A DNA stretch of 63,973 nucleotides, filler included, from Nemertoderma westbladi (Eukaryota; Animalia; Xenacoelomorpha), in the NCBI GenBank assembly GCA_032718475.1. It is 3 parts of 3 records of this genome, joined end to end, with 100 filler letters (N's around TTAATTAATTAA, not from the genome) between each part and the next. Parts side by side here need not be neighbours in the genome. Positions count along the whole stretch, not along the records: positions 28,989 to 58,330 come from JAUCBJ010004894.1; 2 more parts are not named here. One strand, given 5' to 3'. The translations under genes were made by a program, and so were the position numbers. The notes under the pieces were generated by a model. The model was not told the origin of the DNA. It worked only from the letters and a program-made list of their open reading frames with translations, and ran no database searches. How positions within the stretch are numbered: the stretch's first letter is position 1; each line of letters starts with the position of its first letter. Positions 39,001-49,400 of this stretch are shown here, piece by piece.

Positions 39001-40624
39001 AGTAGAGTTAGTAGTAGAATGGTTGTGGGCACCGTAAGCGCCACATAGAAAGTAGTAGCAGTAGAGGGTTGTGGGCACCGTAAGCGCCACGTAGTTAGAG
39101 TTAGTAGGGAATGCGCTGAACTTAGTGGGGCACGGGCGTGATGACGTGTTTGATGTAAGAGCAGGGTATGTTAATTAGGGTGGGTGCCGGGCACAAGAGG
39201 TGCCGGGCACAAAAAGAGTTAGTAGTAGAGTTAGTTGAGTTAGTAGTAGAGTTAGTTGAGTTATTAGTTAGATAGTTAGAGTTAGTAAGCAGTAGGTAGA
39301 TAGTATGATAGCACAGGGGTAGCATTAGAGATTAAAGCCTTAGGGAGTGACAAGAGAGTGGAGAGGTGATAGTGCGGAGTGCGGGGAGAGTGGTGTAAGT
39401 ACTATAGTCATACAACCTTTCTCAATTAGCTACTGGGACTGGGGGGCTAAGTGACTATGGCACTAGGGACAAGACGCCAGACGATTTCGCATTTCCTGAG
39501 TGCGACGGCACGGAGGGGGGGTGAGATTCGTCAGAAGGGATGAGGTAGTCAAGGAGGGATGGAGTAATAGTGCGGAGTGCGAAGAGAGCGTGGGCGCAAT
39601 TCAAGTGTGGGGGAGGAGAAGTGAGAGGAAGAGTGTGGGACGAGGAGGTCCGGGAGTATGCGAGAGTTGGAGTAGAGTGGTGAGAGTGTTGGGGAAACAA
39701 AAATTGTGTGAGAGAAGCGCACGATCGGCCCGACACGAAACGCCAGAGGGTAGCAATATCATACCCATAGGGAGCGGCCTGGAAAGCCGGCTCCGAAAGA
39801 AAATAACCCACCCCACACCCGATACTAGATCGGGATCCAGCGGAATTGTAGCGCACTTTAGTTGGATGCTATCTTCTCACCGGGAAGATAGCATGGGGGG
39901 GAGTGTTAGCTTATCCAATTCCGCTAACACAAACCCATAGAGTGAGCCATAAAGCAATATTGGGAGCACAAGGTTGATTACCAATCAACCTCGTGTCAGC
40001 CCAGTAAACGGGGACAATAGGCCCCAAAGGAGACACACACAATAAGGGTCAGGGGCCAAACCCCTAACCCAGAGAGAACAGATGGAGTGAACGGGAACAC
40101 TCCACGGGGTGCCAACAAGGGTATCAACCAATCAGAGGGGGGCAAGGCATCGATTAGGTAGTAATTAGGCCAACCGTGCAATATAACCAGTAACCCAATA
40201 TCAGTAATTCAGTTATCTCAGTGCAGTAGTGCTAGCATAGGTTAATTAGTTTAGATAGGGGAGCACGGGACTTTAGTTACCGTATCCCGCCTTCCATATA
40301 CTATACAATATATCTATATCTTATACCTTTATTATTATACACCGAACTTCAGAACTCATTTCACTTTCATTCACTCTTTATACACGGCGGGGACGCGTGA
40401 ACTAAATACCGGATAAATCGGGATCCCTCCTGGATCCCGTCACATGAATATTTATTTAATTAATATCACCTGGCAGCAATACTCGAGCTGAATATTTATT
40501 TATTTGTACTTCCCTCCTGTTTCACTCTAGCATACTTGAGGCCATTAGGTCCGCTGTTAGAGATAGAATATTTGCAACTTAAGACTGCCCGTTCAATAGA
40601 AGTGGACTAGGTGAGACTGTGAGT

Positions 40625-40752
40625 GTCAGTGGCTAGTGGCTGAACTGGTTAGCGCTACTGATGAGGCCGGATAGGCTGAAACGTACGTATAGCGCTGGTT
40701 CAACCCCCGGTGACGATTCTTTCTTTTCTTTCCACTTCTGAACAAAACCATT
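40625..40752 (+). mobile_element. SINE-like Pol III unit with a hammerhead ribozyme between the A and B boxes
   Basis: A box TGGCTGAACTGG 40637-40648, B box GGTTCAACCCC 40697-40707, T-rich tract with TTTT at 40724-40727; second copy at 62599-62693 (-). Confidence 0.7.
40651..40696 (+). ncRNA. Type I hammerhead ribozyme
   Basis: Stem I AGCGCTA/TAGCGCT, core CTGATGA, stem II GGCC-ggata-GGCT, GAAA, minimal palindromic stem III ACGTACGT, GUA triplet (predicted cut after 40689). Confidence 0.9.
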
Positions 40753-40866
40753 TACATTACATCATTAATTACAGTTGCAACAGCTCATCTCCAATTTATT
40801 ATTATTTATAGCTTTTCATTTACCTGATCACCACATGTTTAGGTACATTAATGAGGGTCTACCAAC

Positions 40867-41019
40867 CTTCTTTCTCTCGGACTCGTTAACATTTAACCAG
40901 TAAATGTGTTTATAACTCCCGATTTTTCCCTGAGGTAGAGATTTTATTATAAAAGCCTCAGCTGCCTCGAATAATGACTTTCTCAACGACAATGGGAATT
41001 CAGAAGATTCATCTATTAC
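40867..41019 (-). CDS. DPP4/6/10-family exon
   Basis: ctcag|GTA acceptor, AAG|gttggt donor, 153 nt, phase 0/0; ...SLPQGKIGSYKHIYWLNV. Confidence 0.75.
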
Positions 41020-41107
41020 CTGAGTATAAAAAGTTAAAACAATTTAGTAAAAAATTGCATTTAATTAATAATTTAACAAGGAAAAGGAAATATCGTATGT
41101 CACTTAC

Positions 41108-41338
41108 GTTGACACACGTTGTATTCTGGCCATTGTTATTAACAACCGCGCAGTAGGTAACGATTCTGTGATTTTGGGAACGATTTAACCATGTTACAGC
41201 CAAAGTAGTAACATCGACCCAATCCAGAGATGTGACGTAATACGCGGTGCCAATCTCAACCGGCGGCGATATAATGACGTCATCTAAGGTCCATAAGTCG
41301 GTGACGTGCACTGTAACTTCTGGATTTGTATCACCTGC
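41108..41338 (-). CDS. DPP4/6/10-family exon
   Basis: ttacag|GCA acceptor, AAC|gtaagt donor, 231 nt; AGDTNPEVTV...YYVTSLDWV...LAVTWLNRSQN. Confidence 0.92.
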
Positions 41339-41564
41339 CTGTAAAATAACAATAGTAATGTAACTGGATATTATTACCTCATATTATTATGGAACATATA
41401 TATGGAACAGCTTTAACGATTGGGTTCATAAGGAGGATTCAATTTATTTCACAAATTCAGGAAATATGCCTAGAATGTAATATTTTTGATCATACGGTAT
41501 TTTTTTCTATCCAACACGTCGTCGGCAAATACCACTAGGATGCGTCAACGGCCGGCTGGCCATC

Positions 41565-42075
41565 ACTTGGCACTATATCAAGACGTACCAATGGGTGACC
41601 ACCACGTGGCACTATTCCAAGACGTACCAATGGGTGACCACCACGTGGCACTATTCCAAGACGTACCAATGGGTGACCACCACGTGGCACTATATCAAGA
41701 CGTACCAATGGGTGACCACCACGTGGCACTATATCAAGACGTACCAATGGGTGACCACCACGTGGCACTATATCAAGACGTACCAATGGGTGACCACCAC
41801 GTGGCACTATATCAAGACGTACAAATGGGTGACCACCAATTGGCACTATATCAATACGTACCAATGGGTGACCACCACGTGGCACTATATCAATACGTAC
41901 CAATGGGTGACCACCACGTGGAATTATATCAAGACGCACCAATGGGTCACCACCACGTTGCATTATATCAAGACGTACCAATGGCTGACCACCACGTGGC
42001 ACTATATCAAGACGTACCAATGGCTGACCACCACGTGGCACTATATCAAGACGTACCAATGGGTGACCACCACGT
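41565..42075 (+). repeat. 39-bp minisatellite (~13 copies)
   Basis: Unit GGCACTATATCAAGACGTACCAATGGGTGACCACCACGT. Confidence 0.95.
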
Positions 42076-42271
42076 ATCATCTCGATAGACTGATCAGTTG
42101 TACGATGGCAGTGGCTGGAAAGTCTAATACGTTGTGCTTGGGCATCCTGTTGAATGCACCGTCAGGTGTTCTGGTCTCTTATGCTGTAAGAGAACTGTTC
42201 TACTGCAGACCGGAATAAATTAACATTCGGGGACGGTGTGATTGCAGATGATTTCCGTCCTTGATTGCTTT

Positions 42272-43424
42272 ACTCAATGCCGACCTCATCCGACTTAATG
42301 CCGACCTCATCCAACTCAATGCCGACCTCATCCAACTCAATGCCGACCTCATCCGACTCAATGCCGACCTCATCCGACTCAATGCCGACCTCACCCGACT
42401 CAATGCCGACCTCATCCGACTCAATGCCGACCTCATCCGACTCAATGCCGACATCATCCGACTCAATGCCGACCTTATCCAACTCAATGTCGACCTCGTC
42501 CGACTCAATGCCGACCTCATCCGACTCAATGCCGACCTCATCCGACTCAATGCCGACATCATCCGACTCAATGCCGACCTTATCCAACTCAATGTCGACC
42601 TCATCCGACTCAATGCCGACCTTATCCAACTCAATGTCGACCTCGTCCGACTCAATGCCGACCTCATCCGACTCAATGCCGACATCATCCGACTCAATGC
42701 CGACATCATCCGACTCAATGCCGACATCATCCGACTCAATGCCGACCTTATCCAACTCAATGTCGACCTCATCCGACTCAATGCCGACCTCATCCGACTC
42801 AATGCCGACCTTATCCAACTCAATGTCGACCTCGTCCGACTCAATGCCGACCTCATCCGACTCAATGCCGACCTCATCCGACTCAATGCCGACCTCATCC
42901 GACTCAATGCCGACATCATCCGACTCAATGCCGACCTCATCCGACTCAATGCCGACCTCATCCGACTCAATGCCGACCTCATCCGACTCAATGCCGACAT
43001 CATCCGACTCAATGCCGACCTCATCCGACTCAATGCCAACATCACCCGACTCAATGCCGACCTCATCCGACTCAATGCCGACATCATCCGACTCAATGCC
43101 GACCTTATCCAACTCAATGTCGACCTCGTCCGACTCAATGCCGACCTCATCCGACTCAATGCCGACATCATCCGACTCAATGCCGACCTCATCCGACTCA
43201 ATGCCGACATCATCCGACTCAATGCCGACCTCATCCGACTCAATGCCGACATCATCCGACTCAATGCCGACCTTATCCAACTCAATGTCGACCTCGTCCG
43301 ACTCAATGCCGACCTCATCCGACTCAATGCCGACCTCATCCGACTCAATTCCGACCTCATCCGACTCAATGCCGACCTCATCCGACTCAATGCCGACCTC
43401 ATCCGACTCAATGCCGACCTCATC
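42272..43424 (+). repeat. 21-bp minisatellite (~55 copies)
   Basis: Unit ACTCAATGCCGACCTCATCCG with recurring variant blocks. Confidence 0.96.
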
Positions 43425-43977
43425 ATGCCTTGCCCTTTCGTATTTGGTGCATTTGGCGAATCGTCTTCATCAAAACTCAGGATCCAAAAACCTAGGAAAC
43501 AGCTTCTAAGTGACAAACCAGGACATTTAACAACTGAACAGAACACACTGTCGGCCGACGACCTGCTAAAGGGAATCCAAATTTACAGTGACAATTGGTA
43601 GAATTTTCAAATAGAACTAACATAGGATGCTGCCTGTTGCCATGGATGCTGCCTGTTCTAGACCGCTGAGAACCATCCAAAGTTTCTGACATTAAATCCA
43701 GATCATCAGCATTCGTAGTAGATAGCTACGGTTGCATGGTAACGGTACTATCTTAGAGAAGGGGATGGATTAGGCGTTGGTATTGATGGAGACTTGCGAT
43801 GTATAATGAAGTATTCAAGGCAGTACTTGATCAATATTGAACAATATAACGAGACATGAGATGAAAGTAAATTTGTGTATAATATTTCGACACCTGGGGA
43901 TAAATTTTAATATTAAAAACATCCTCAACATAGATTCGGAACAATATGATAATAGGAAGGGCAATCTGCATTCTTAC

Positions 43978-44147
43978 CTTGGGCAATCTGTATGACAGTG
44001 AATTCCACAACGAATTTGAAGTATTTGACTGGTCTAGCTGGTACACAGGAATGGAATACTCCGGGACATTGCTGGTATTGATAGTTAAGTAGCAGAGTTT
44101 CGTCGCATTCGGTGACCAAGAGAGCGCAAGTCGATCGATAAAAAAAC
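43978..44147 (-). CDS. DPP4/6/10-family exon
   Basis: tttag|GT acceptor (phase 1), AAG|gtaaga donor; ALSWSPNATKLCYLTINTSNVPEY...YRLPK resembles DPP4 [22 protein letters not shown]...YPK. Confidence 0.9.
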
Positions 44148-44448
44148 CTAAAAATAAGTAAAACTCTACAGAAGAGTTTTAAATGGTCATTCTACAAATT
44201 TTGCAGATAAATGTTGAATCTCTTCATATGTTTTCTCGCAGCAAAAGGTCTGCAAAATGTCTGCAAATCGTTATTATTTAGGTTTTTGTGTTGCGCAAAT
44301 CAATCACCACTTTCAAAAACATTCGCTTTGGAGTCCAGTCTGCAAAAAAGAAGTAAACGTATAGTAAATAGTAAAGTAAACGTCTTAGTAAACTGTATAG
44401 TACAAACACAAGTAAAAAGTAAACATCAAAGTCACGGTAAAACTTTAC

Positions 44449-44669
44449 CTGTATATAGCCAATCAGTGACTCCATTGAACAACACTCCATTATTGGTTCC
44501 ACTATAAGTCATTCTGAGATACGGACACTTCTCATTGGATGTCCAGAGATTACTTGGGTCATTGACATACCATATATCGTTATTGTAGAAAATGAGAAGT
44601 TTGTGACCAATAGGAGACCAACTTACTGAATCTATCTCTAAACTGTTGTTAAACTTAATTGCCTTTTCC
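44449..44669 (-). CDS. DPP4/6/10-family exon
   Basis: tttag|G acceptor, ACAG|gtaaag donor; VSWSPIGHKLLIFYNNDIWY...RMTYSG...LFNGVTDWLY. Confidence 0.92.
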
Positions 44670-44739
44670 CTAAAGTTCAAATATATAAAATTATTATTTG
44701 AACTAACATTAGTAATATTTCTATAATAATTATATACTT

Positions 44740-45235
44740 ACCAAGACCGAATTCATGACATTTAATGTTGTTGGAAACTTGACAACCATTGATAATAATC
44801 CACTAAGGAAGGTTGACGACTTCCAGTACCTTGGATCATGGATAGAGAGTAGCAAAAAGGACATAGAAGTTAGGAAAGCAAAGGCTTGGGTAGCTCTATC
44901 AAAAATGGATACCATCTGGAAATCAGATCTCTCCAGGCACCTGAAGACTAAGTTCTTTCGAGCCACAGTGGAAAGTGTACTTTTATATGGGGGGGGGGGG
45001 GGGGGGGAGACCTGGACACACCAGGTCATAGGTCACGAGGTCATACCAGATCTAATTTTCTGGCAACCATCTCTTGGAAAGCGTAGTCGTGGACGACCGG
45101 CCATAACATATATAGATCAACTTGAAAGGGATACTGAACTTGGGAGAAACGAAATTGCGACAACTATGGAGAATCGGGTAACCTGGAAGGATCTCATTTC
45201 CACTGTCCGAGTTCGCTCGACCTAGTAGTAGTAGT
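44740..45235 (+). mobile_element. RTE-clade LINE 3' fragment with internal deletion and (TAG)n tail
   Basis: DFQYLGSWI, KAKAWVALSKM, ESVLLYG, GRPAITYIDQL; same family as 52250-52590. Confidence 0.85.
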
Positions 45236-45585
45236 ATATTTATTAAAAATATCACTAGAACGCCAGCAAGCTGGCTATAAGAAGACTTCAACCCCTGCGA
45301 AGGACAGGTCATAGCGGAACATATCCTCTCAAAGGAGAGGACGTTCCCTTCCAAGCCAATATCAATGTATACAGACAGACAAACAGACAAACAGACGTTT
45401 TTTTTGGCAGCAATAAGACCTAAAAGTCTTCTAAAAATTTAATTATTATTTTAAAAATATGTTGACATAAATTTGTTACAACTATAACAAATTAAAATTA
45501 TAACAAATTTATTTAAACAACCAGAGACTTTAATAATTATCTAATCTCTACAAGACAACTAATAGACTTCCTACTTAATACTCAC

Positions 45586-45704
45586 CCTAACTTTCTTGCT
45601 GTATCTTCGATGTAGCATTGTGATCTGTAGTTGAGTCGCGAATACTGAAATACACTTTTGCAATAAACTACAAATTGGAGATCGTCAGAAATCTGAATCA
45701 CTTC
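45586..45704 (-). CDS. DPP4/6/10-family exon
   Basis: gatag|GAA acceptor, AGG|gtgagt donor, phases consistent with neighbours; IQISDDLQFVVY...SRLNYRSQCYIED. Confidence 0.8.
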
Positions 45705-45893
45705 CTATCAGATAATGATGACATATAATAAAATTGTTTATTATAAAAATTATTTACAGATAAATTAAATAGAGATAAATCAGATTTATTATAAAAATCG
45801 ACATGTTTATAACATCGCTGAAAAGATGACAAACCGTTAATTATTAAACGTCATACACAACATACATACATAACTACATAATATAATACTTAC

Positions 45894-45991
45894 AGATTTC
45901 TGATTTTCATACAAGAGTTTTGATGTAATCTTGTCTTCGTTCATATCTATCATCATTACTCTTTTATTAATGACGTAAACATATTTGTTAT
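45894..45991 (-). CDS. DPP4/6/10-family exon; 5' boundary uncertain (frame stays open to ~46150)
   Basis: ttgcag|AT acceptor, TCT|gtaagt donor; DNKYVY resembles DPP4 DHEYLY. Confidence 0.6.
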
Positions 45992-46271
45992 CTGCAAAAT
46001 GATTACCGTTTACTAAGAATAATCGCGTCACTTTCAATACAATAATGTATTGAACAGAGCCGCCTCGGCTTCGCAGGACATGCACAGCATTCTTAAAGGT
46101 CGCTGCATCAAATGTAAGCACATTGTAGAATGCGTGGTGGTGCCACAAATTTTTTGGTAATCTATTATAGTATCTAAAAGTTCAACTACAATGCAGCAGG
46201 TTGTTTTTAGAAAGATATAATAAGATATATATAATGTAGTGCAGAAGTATATATTAGGATAAATTTGTAAA

Positions 46272-46495
46272 ACACCATCTTGACGTCTCTGGAGGTCGTA
46301 GGTTCGATCCCCACATGAGGGCCAGGGCAGTTTACGTTTCGGCATGAATGCTTTAAATGGACTTGCCAGGGGGATCTATGCCTTGCATCTTTAAATAGTT
46401 TCCTCTGGGGAGTATAGTTCTCGGGGGACCGCACTGGAAAAAGGACGTCAGACTATGTGCGTAATGCCCGGCCAAACGGCCGAATAAATCGTTAC
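46272..46495 (+). mobile_element. 5'-truncated tRNA-derived SINE
   Basis: GAGGTCGTAGGTTCGATCCCCAC T-arm/B box, GC-richer body, AATAAA and TTAC-like tail; no A box seen. Confidence 0.5.
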
Positions 46496-49400
46496 TTTAC
46501 TGTAACGTAACATTGACGACGCGATCATTTAGCGAGCAGGTGCTGTGTAACTAACACAAAGAACACAAGATGACAAGAAATAAGTGAACTGATGCATCCT
46601 GTCTGATATTGTAATTCCTAAGTTTATTACATCACTGCCGAACGAGACTGGCTTTATCGATGATTGACATTAGTCTTTGATCTGAGCGGGAAATGGGCGG
46701 ATATTAATATTCCGGTGAATTTGGTGAGTTGTTTGTTTTATGGAATAAAGTATAGCCAACGGGACACATCGACCCTAGGAGCTAAGCGATCCAAATCGTT
46801 GAGCAACCCGGTGTTGGGTGGCGAATCGCCTACATTACATATATTCGATTGTTGCGCTTCGGTATACACCATGTCCTGGAATATAGTCTCGTTATTCAGG
46901 CACCTGCCCCCCCCCCCCAAAAAAAATTTTTTTTCTAGAAATCTTAATGAGATTAAATGAAATTTGAAACAGAGATAGTTTCACCTCCCTCCTCCTTGCA
47001 GGGTGAGCCAGAATTTTTATTTTTGCTTTCAATCTTTAGCTACAAGTATTTGAAAAAGGTGTCTCCGGTGATATTTCACAGGTCACAGTGCAATCATTCT
47101 TCAACCTTATAGTCTAGAGATTTGATGGTACCAATAGAAATCTGCCAAGGGAAGGATTCCTTAAATATGTAATAACTATTTACGTACTTGTGTGTAAAGT
47201 AGCACTTCACAGTGTGATGATCCGAGTGGCTTTGTTTGTAAGCGGAACCCATTCCCTGCACTACCCAGCGGAAAATGGGGAAAGTGGCTTTCTACCAATT
47301 ATAGTTGGCCGGGTGACATTGGCGATATAATGTCACCTAATAACCAACGGCAATACACATTGCCAGCCACAAGCAGAGATAAGAGGCTACAAGCCATCTC
47401 AGGGGCACAAAGGGAACAAGGAGTGCCAAACGAAGGGAGAATAGGTTAGCCAATGATGGGGCAGAACACCATCTGATTGGGGTGCATTCATTAGCCAGGC
47501 CACGTAACAGTAGGAATATTCCATGTGTGTTAGTAATATAACCGTTGCATTTATTACCTATAGTTCAGTTGGTTTGTGTAGAGCTGTGGAAACAAGACGG
47601 TTTTAACCGTCGTCGTCATTAACCGTGCTATTATATTCTGATTGTGCTATTATTGTATTCTGACATTACGAACAACTGCCACTAAAACTTATTCAACCAG
47701 CCTTCAGCCTTTTAAACTCAGATACCAACAGCCTTTCAGCAGCCTACGGACGCGGCGAAGAGTATAACCCAAAAGGAGAGACGGTTCGGTCGTCGAAGAG
47801 GAGAGGGGCCGAGTACGAGGAGAAGAGGGACGCGAGTCAGCACAAGATAAGAGTGGCGAGAGAAGTACCGGAGTGGCTGGCCAACCAGTGGCTACAGGCG
47901 GCGAGGGGCCCACCGGAACGGCAATGGTGGGACCGCTGGTACGACGCCAGACAAGGAGAGAAGGTCAAATTCAGGAGGAAGACGTTGGGACGAGTGATCG
48001 TCTATGACAGGGGTACAATGTAACGAGGAATTTACTCAAGAATGCTAACTGGAGGAAAGCTCCAGCCCAAGTTGTACTGGAGACCCGGTGAGTGCAATAA
48101 ACATTTCCACTACCTAATCTGATTTGGGCAGGGGGAACTAGCGAGTGAGAGGGCGAGGGGGGTCGCCACAGAACTGTTCGAATTGTGGCGATCCGAGATA
48201 ATGCCACCTGGTGTAGTGTACATAGGGCCTTATCTAGGGGATGCACAGGGAATTAAGTTAGTGGGATGGGTGGATCCGCACGAAGCCGAACCCGAGTTTA
48301 ACCCCAAAGATTCGGTGTCGTCGGTTAGTAGAAATGCTAGCAAGCATGGCAAAATTAATAGAACGAATAGGCGATGGGAGTCCGTCGCAACCAAAAAGTC
48401 TGCTACATCCTCTGTGAAAGCAAGAAGGGTGTTAGAGATAGATCTGGCGTGTCAGCTATACATGGTCGCATTAGACCAAAAGGAATTAGAGAGGCAGCTG
48501 GATGAGGGGACTGCGTTATTAGAAAGGGGAAGGGAGCTAGTGAGAGAGTGTAAAGAGAGGGCCGAAAAGGTGGCGAGAGACTATAGAGAACGTGAGGAGA
48601 GGGAAAAGAGTGAACGTAGAGAATGGAAAGAGAAAGAAATGAGTGAGCGTGAAGAGCGGTAGGCGAGAGAGGAGAATGAGCGCAGATAGAGGGAGGCAAG
48701 AGAGGCGAATGAGCGCAAAGAGCGAGAAGCGAGGAAAGCTGAGAGGATTGAGAGAGAAGTGAACGAGCACAGAGAGCGGGAGGCGAGGGAGGCAGAGTTA
48801 GCTGATCAGAGTGTTAGAGAGGACAGAGAGAGAGAGAGAGAGAGGGTGGGCAAAAGAATGCGGGATGATATCCATACCTGGTTGAGGGGGTTAATGCAGT
48901 ATCAGGCGAAGCAAAATGGGTTATCAGAGAACGAAGCTGGTTCGGGAAGTATTTATGAGGAACCAGGGGTGATGGAAACCTTTGTTAATACCCCACTTAC
49001 AGGTACCGGACGACAGACCCAGAACTGGTGTGACTGGACGGAAGGGGGGGGGGGGGGGGGGGGTAACGACAATACGTTTAATGAGAACGCTTATATTAAT
49101 AATACCATAGTAGACAACCCTAATAATAATTAAACATTTCTTACAGGAATAATAATGTTTTAATAAATAATGGTAATGTAAATGTTGGTGCGCCGGACAA
49201 TCAAAATAATTTAAATAATAATGCTAGTAGTGATATGGTAAATAACAATACAATAAATAATCCCGGTGAAATTAATCAAAATAATCAAAATAATAATGTA
49301 ATAAGTAATCATGGCGAGGCTAGTGGTGGTATAATTAAAATTGCGCAGAGAGAAATGCAGGCGAATGAACCCAGGGAGAGCAGAAGCAACGTGTCTACTG

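Larger units (their letters stand above)
33821..40444 (+). mobile_element. BEL-A: non-autonomous BEL/Pao LTR retrotransposon (541-bp LTRs at 33821-34361 and 39904-40444; TSD TGAAT)
   Basis: TG...CA LTRs with three substitutions seen by eye; 5-bp TSD; PPT GGGGGGGAG before the 3' LTR; BEL-type Gag knuckles CQLHRDGTHKTRSC and LCHRCVVKGHRSGEC; no PR/RT/RH/IN motifs. Confidence 0.93.
41500..43790 (-). mobile_element. Old RTE-clade LINE fossil containing two expanded minisatellites
   Basis: Minus-strand remnants NADDLDLMSETLDGSQR, FLGFWI, QIRKGKA* and DGAFNRM are collinear with the better-preserved RTE at 52759-55119; boundaries approximate. Confidence 0.7.

Noticed and set aside
40625-40715. Functional tRNA gene with an intron
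   Set aside because: T-stem and acceptor stem pair poorly and there is no anticodon arm; better explained as an A/B-box repeat
41486-42218. His-rich HHVALYQDVPMGD repeat ORF
   Set aside because: 39-bp minisatellite open in three frames, with no gene structure
42200-43601. Four overlapping 336-448 aa repeat ORFs
   Set aside because: 21-bp minisatellite open in several frames on both strands, inside a LINE fossil
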